A stretch of 63,613 bases of DNA, filler included, from Licmophora abbreviata (lineage: Eukaryota), in the NCBI GenBank assembly GCA_900291995.1. It is 17 parts of 17 records of this genome, joined end to end, with 100 filler letters (N's around TTAATTAATTAA, not from the genome) between each part and the next. Parts side by side here need not be neighbours in the genome. Positions count along the whole stretch, not along the records: positions 62,053 to 63,613 come from OLMU01000920.1; 16 more parts are not named here. One strand, given 5' to 3'. Below the pieces are notes generated by a model that saw only the letters and a list, made by a program, of their open reading frames with translations, made no database searches and was not told where the DNA came from. A program made the position numbers and the translations under genes. Below, one piece after another: positions 62,401 to 63,613 of this stretch (positions are counted from its first letter, which is position 1; each line of letters starts with the position of its first letter).

Positions 62401-63613
62401 ATGGCGTCTCGCAACGACGACGCCGTCCGTCACGTCGGAAAGAAGAGACCACTGCTACGAGCGGGTAGCGCGCCACCACCTTCGGCAACGACCTCGATGC
62501 TGGAGGCCATGCTGGACGGCAAGAAGGCGAAGAAGAAAAAGAAGAGACGAAAGCAACTTCCTTCATCGTCGACTTCCACCAGCACGACGACCCTAGAGGA
62601 ACCGCACCGCCGCGGCACATCTCGTCGGCTTCCATCTGTCCTTGACTCAACTCATAATCCTCGTTCTCTTCCTGATAGAGCTGTTCTGTCATCGGGTGGC
62701 TTGATGGATGCTCCCTCTGTCTTTCGAGAAAAGACAGTCGCTTCTTCGAGGACGAGCAACAATAACAGCACTTTACACAAAAGCGTCGACAAGGTCCTCG
62801 TCGACAAGGAAAATCGCAAGCTATCGGTCGAGGTGGATCATAATTCTTCCAATGCGGCTTGTATTCAGCGAGTTGAAAACTCGGGAGCTACTGCTGCTAC
62901 TCGGGGCTTGTCGTTAGGTTTGTCATTGCAGATTCGAGGGGGCAACACGAAGCGCACGAGGGAACGGATGATGATGCCGACGAGCAATCGCTCATTATCA
63001 GTCTCGACATCGTTCGAGAGATCGGTGACTACTAGCATTAGCATTCCTTTGAAATCGGACACTGGCGATACTTCTATTGTTCATGACGCACCGTGTCCGA
63101 TATCGGATGCCGAAAGGAAAGGTGAATCGACGGTGCGAAATCCATCCGAGTCCACTACTGCGACGACAAGTATTCAAAACCCTCCCGTCCGTAACTCTCA
63201 ACGCAATACCTTGTCAAGCACGCATGCCTTGCAACCTACCAGACTTTTAGAAAAGCGGAACGGCATCGTTGACGATTCAATTGGCGTTCCATCAAGAAAT
63301 AACAAACAGGAAGCGGCAACCGGAAAACGAACTACAACCAAAGTTAACAATGATAACTTTGTTCGTCTGAACCTTCGGAATAGTGCCGGGGCTTGTCGTG
63401 GCGCACGAAGGAGCAAATCGTCTCGCCGCCACAAGGAATCAAACGCGCGAACGCAGGGGGAAGTTGACGCTGGTTCCGGACGTTTTGGTTTTGCGAAGAA
63501 GGCTAATAACTCAAGGCGACGAACGGCTCAATCAGGAGTGGATCCCCTGGACGACTTTGTAGATGGCGTATTCCAGGCCTCGGACAAGCAATCCAAAAGC
63601 AAAGACAACTCTG
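62401..63613 (+). CDS. 5' part of a long ORF, possibly the RecQ4-like helicase N-terminus
   Basis: Manual translation from ATG 62401 is stop-free to the window end (absent from the ORF track); NLS KKAKKKKKRRK; motif NDNFVRLNL. Confidence 0.6.
   Translation, partial: MASRNDDAVRHVGKKRPLLRAGSAPPPSATTSMLEAMLDGKKAKKKKKRRKQLPSSSTSTSTTTLEEPHRRGTSRRLPSVLDSTHNPRSLPDRAVLSSGGLMDAPSVFREKTVASSRTSNNNSTLHKSVDKVLVDKENRKLSVEVDHNSSNAACIQRVENSGATAATRGLSLGLSLQIRGGNTKRTRERMMMPTSNRSLSVSTSFERSVTTSISIPLKSDTGDTSIVHDAPCPISDAERKGESTVRNPSESTTATTSIQNPPVRNSQRNTLSSTHALQPTRLLEKRNGIVDDSIGVPSRNNKQEAATGKRTTTKVNNDNFVRLNLRNSAGACRGARRSKSSRRHKESNARTQGEVDAGSGRFGFAKKANNSRRRTAQSGVDPLDDFVDGVFQASDKQSKSKDNS

Overview
Gene-dense eukaryotic nuclear DNA, most likely from a diatom. 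The evidence is short GT-AG introns (~77-170 nt), bipartite plastid-targeting presequences with an A/G-F cleavage motif, and helicase-associated-domain and PPR proteins. The window is a draft scaffold: 17 contigs joined by 16 artificial 100-nt spacers (N44-TTAATTAATTAA-N44), and three joins are demonstrably overlaps. About 30 protein-coding genes are supported. Metabolism and light: glutamate synthase alpha subunit, cryptochrome DASH, plastid rubredoxin-like, NAD(P)-binding oxidoreductase, saccharopine-dehydrogenase-like, Mpv17, DUF1995, COQ4. Nucleic-acid handling: bacterial-type RNase HII, PPR, RPRD/CID, TGS1, ESF1, DEAH helicase, CABIN1-like, probable RecQ4 N-terminus. Signalling and proteostasis: CDK10/11, OSCA channel, trypsin, LCMT1, UFD1-UBX, RWDD2-like, ACT-domain kinase, TPR-DnaJ, SAR1, GCN2 C-terminus. 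About seven genes carry apparent single-base frameshifts, best explained as sequencing errors. I found no rRNA, tRNA, CRISPR array or autonomous mobile element, and no clear multi-gene novel system. The best leads are single proteins: a candidate Rrn10/UAF-like protein, a mitochondrial PEPCK-N-terminal-like pseudoenzyme, an OSCA channel with repeated RxLF/SP motifs, and several domain fusions. All family assignments come from motif recognition by eye; no database search was run.
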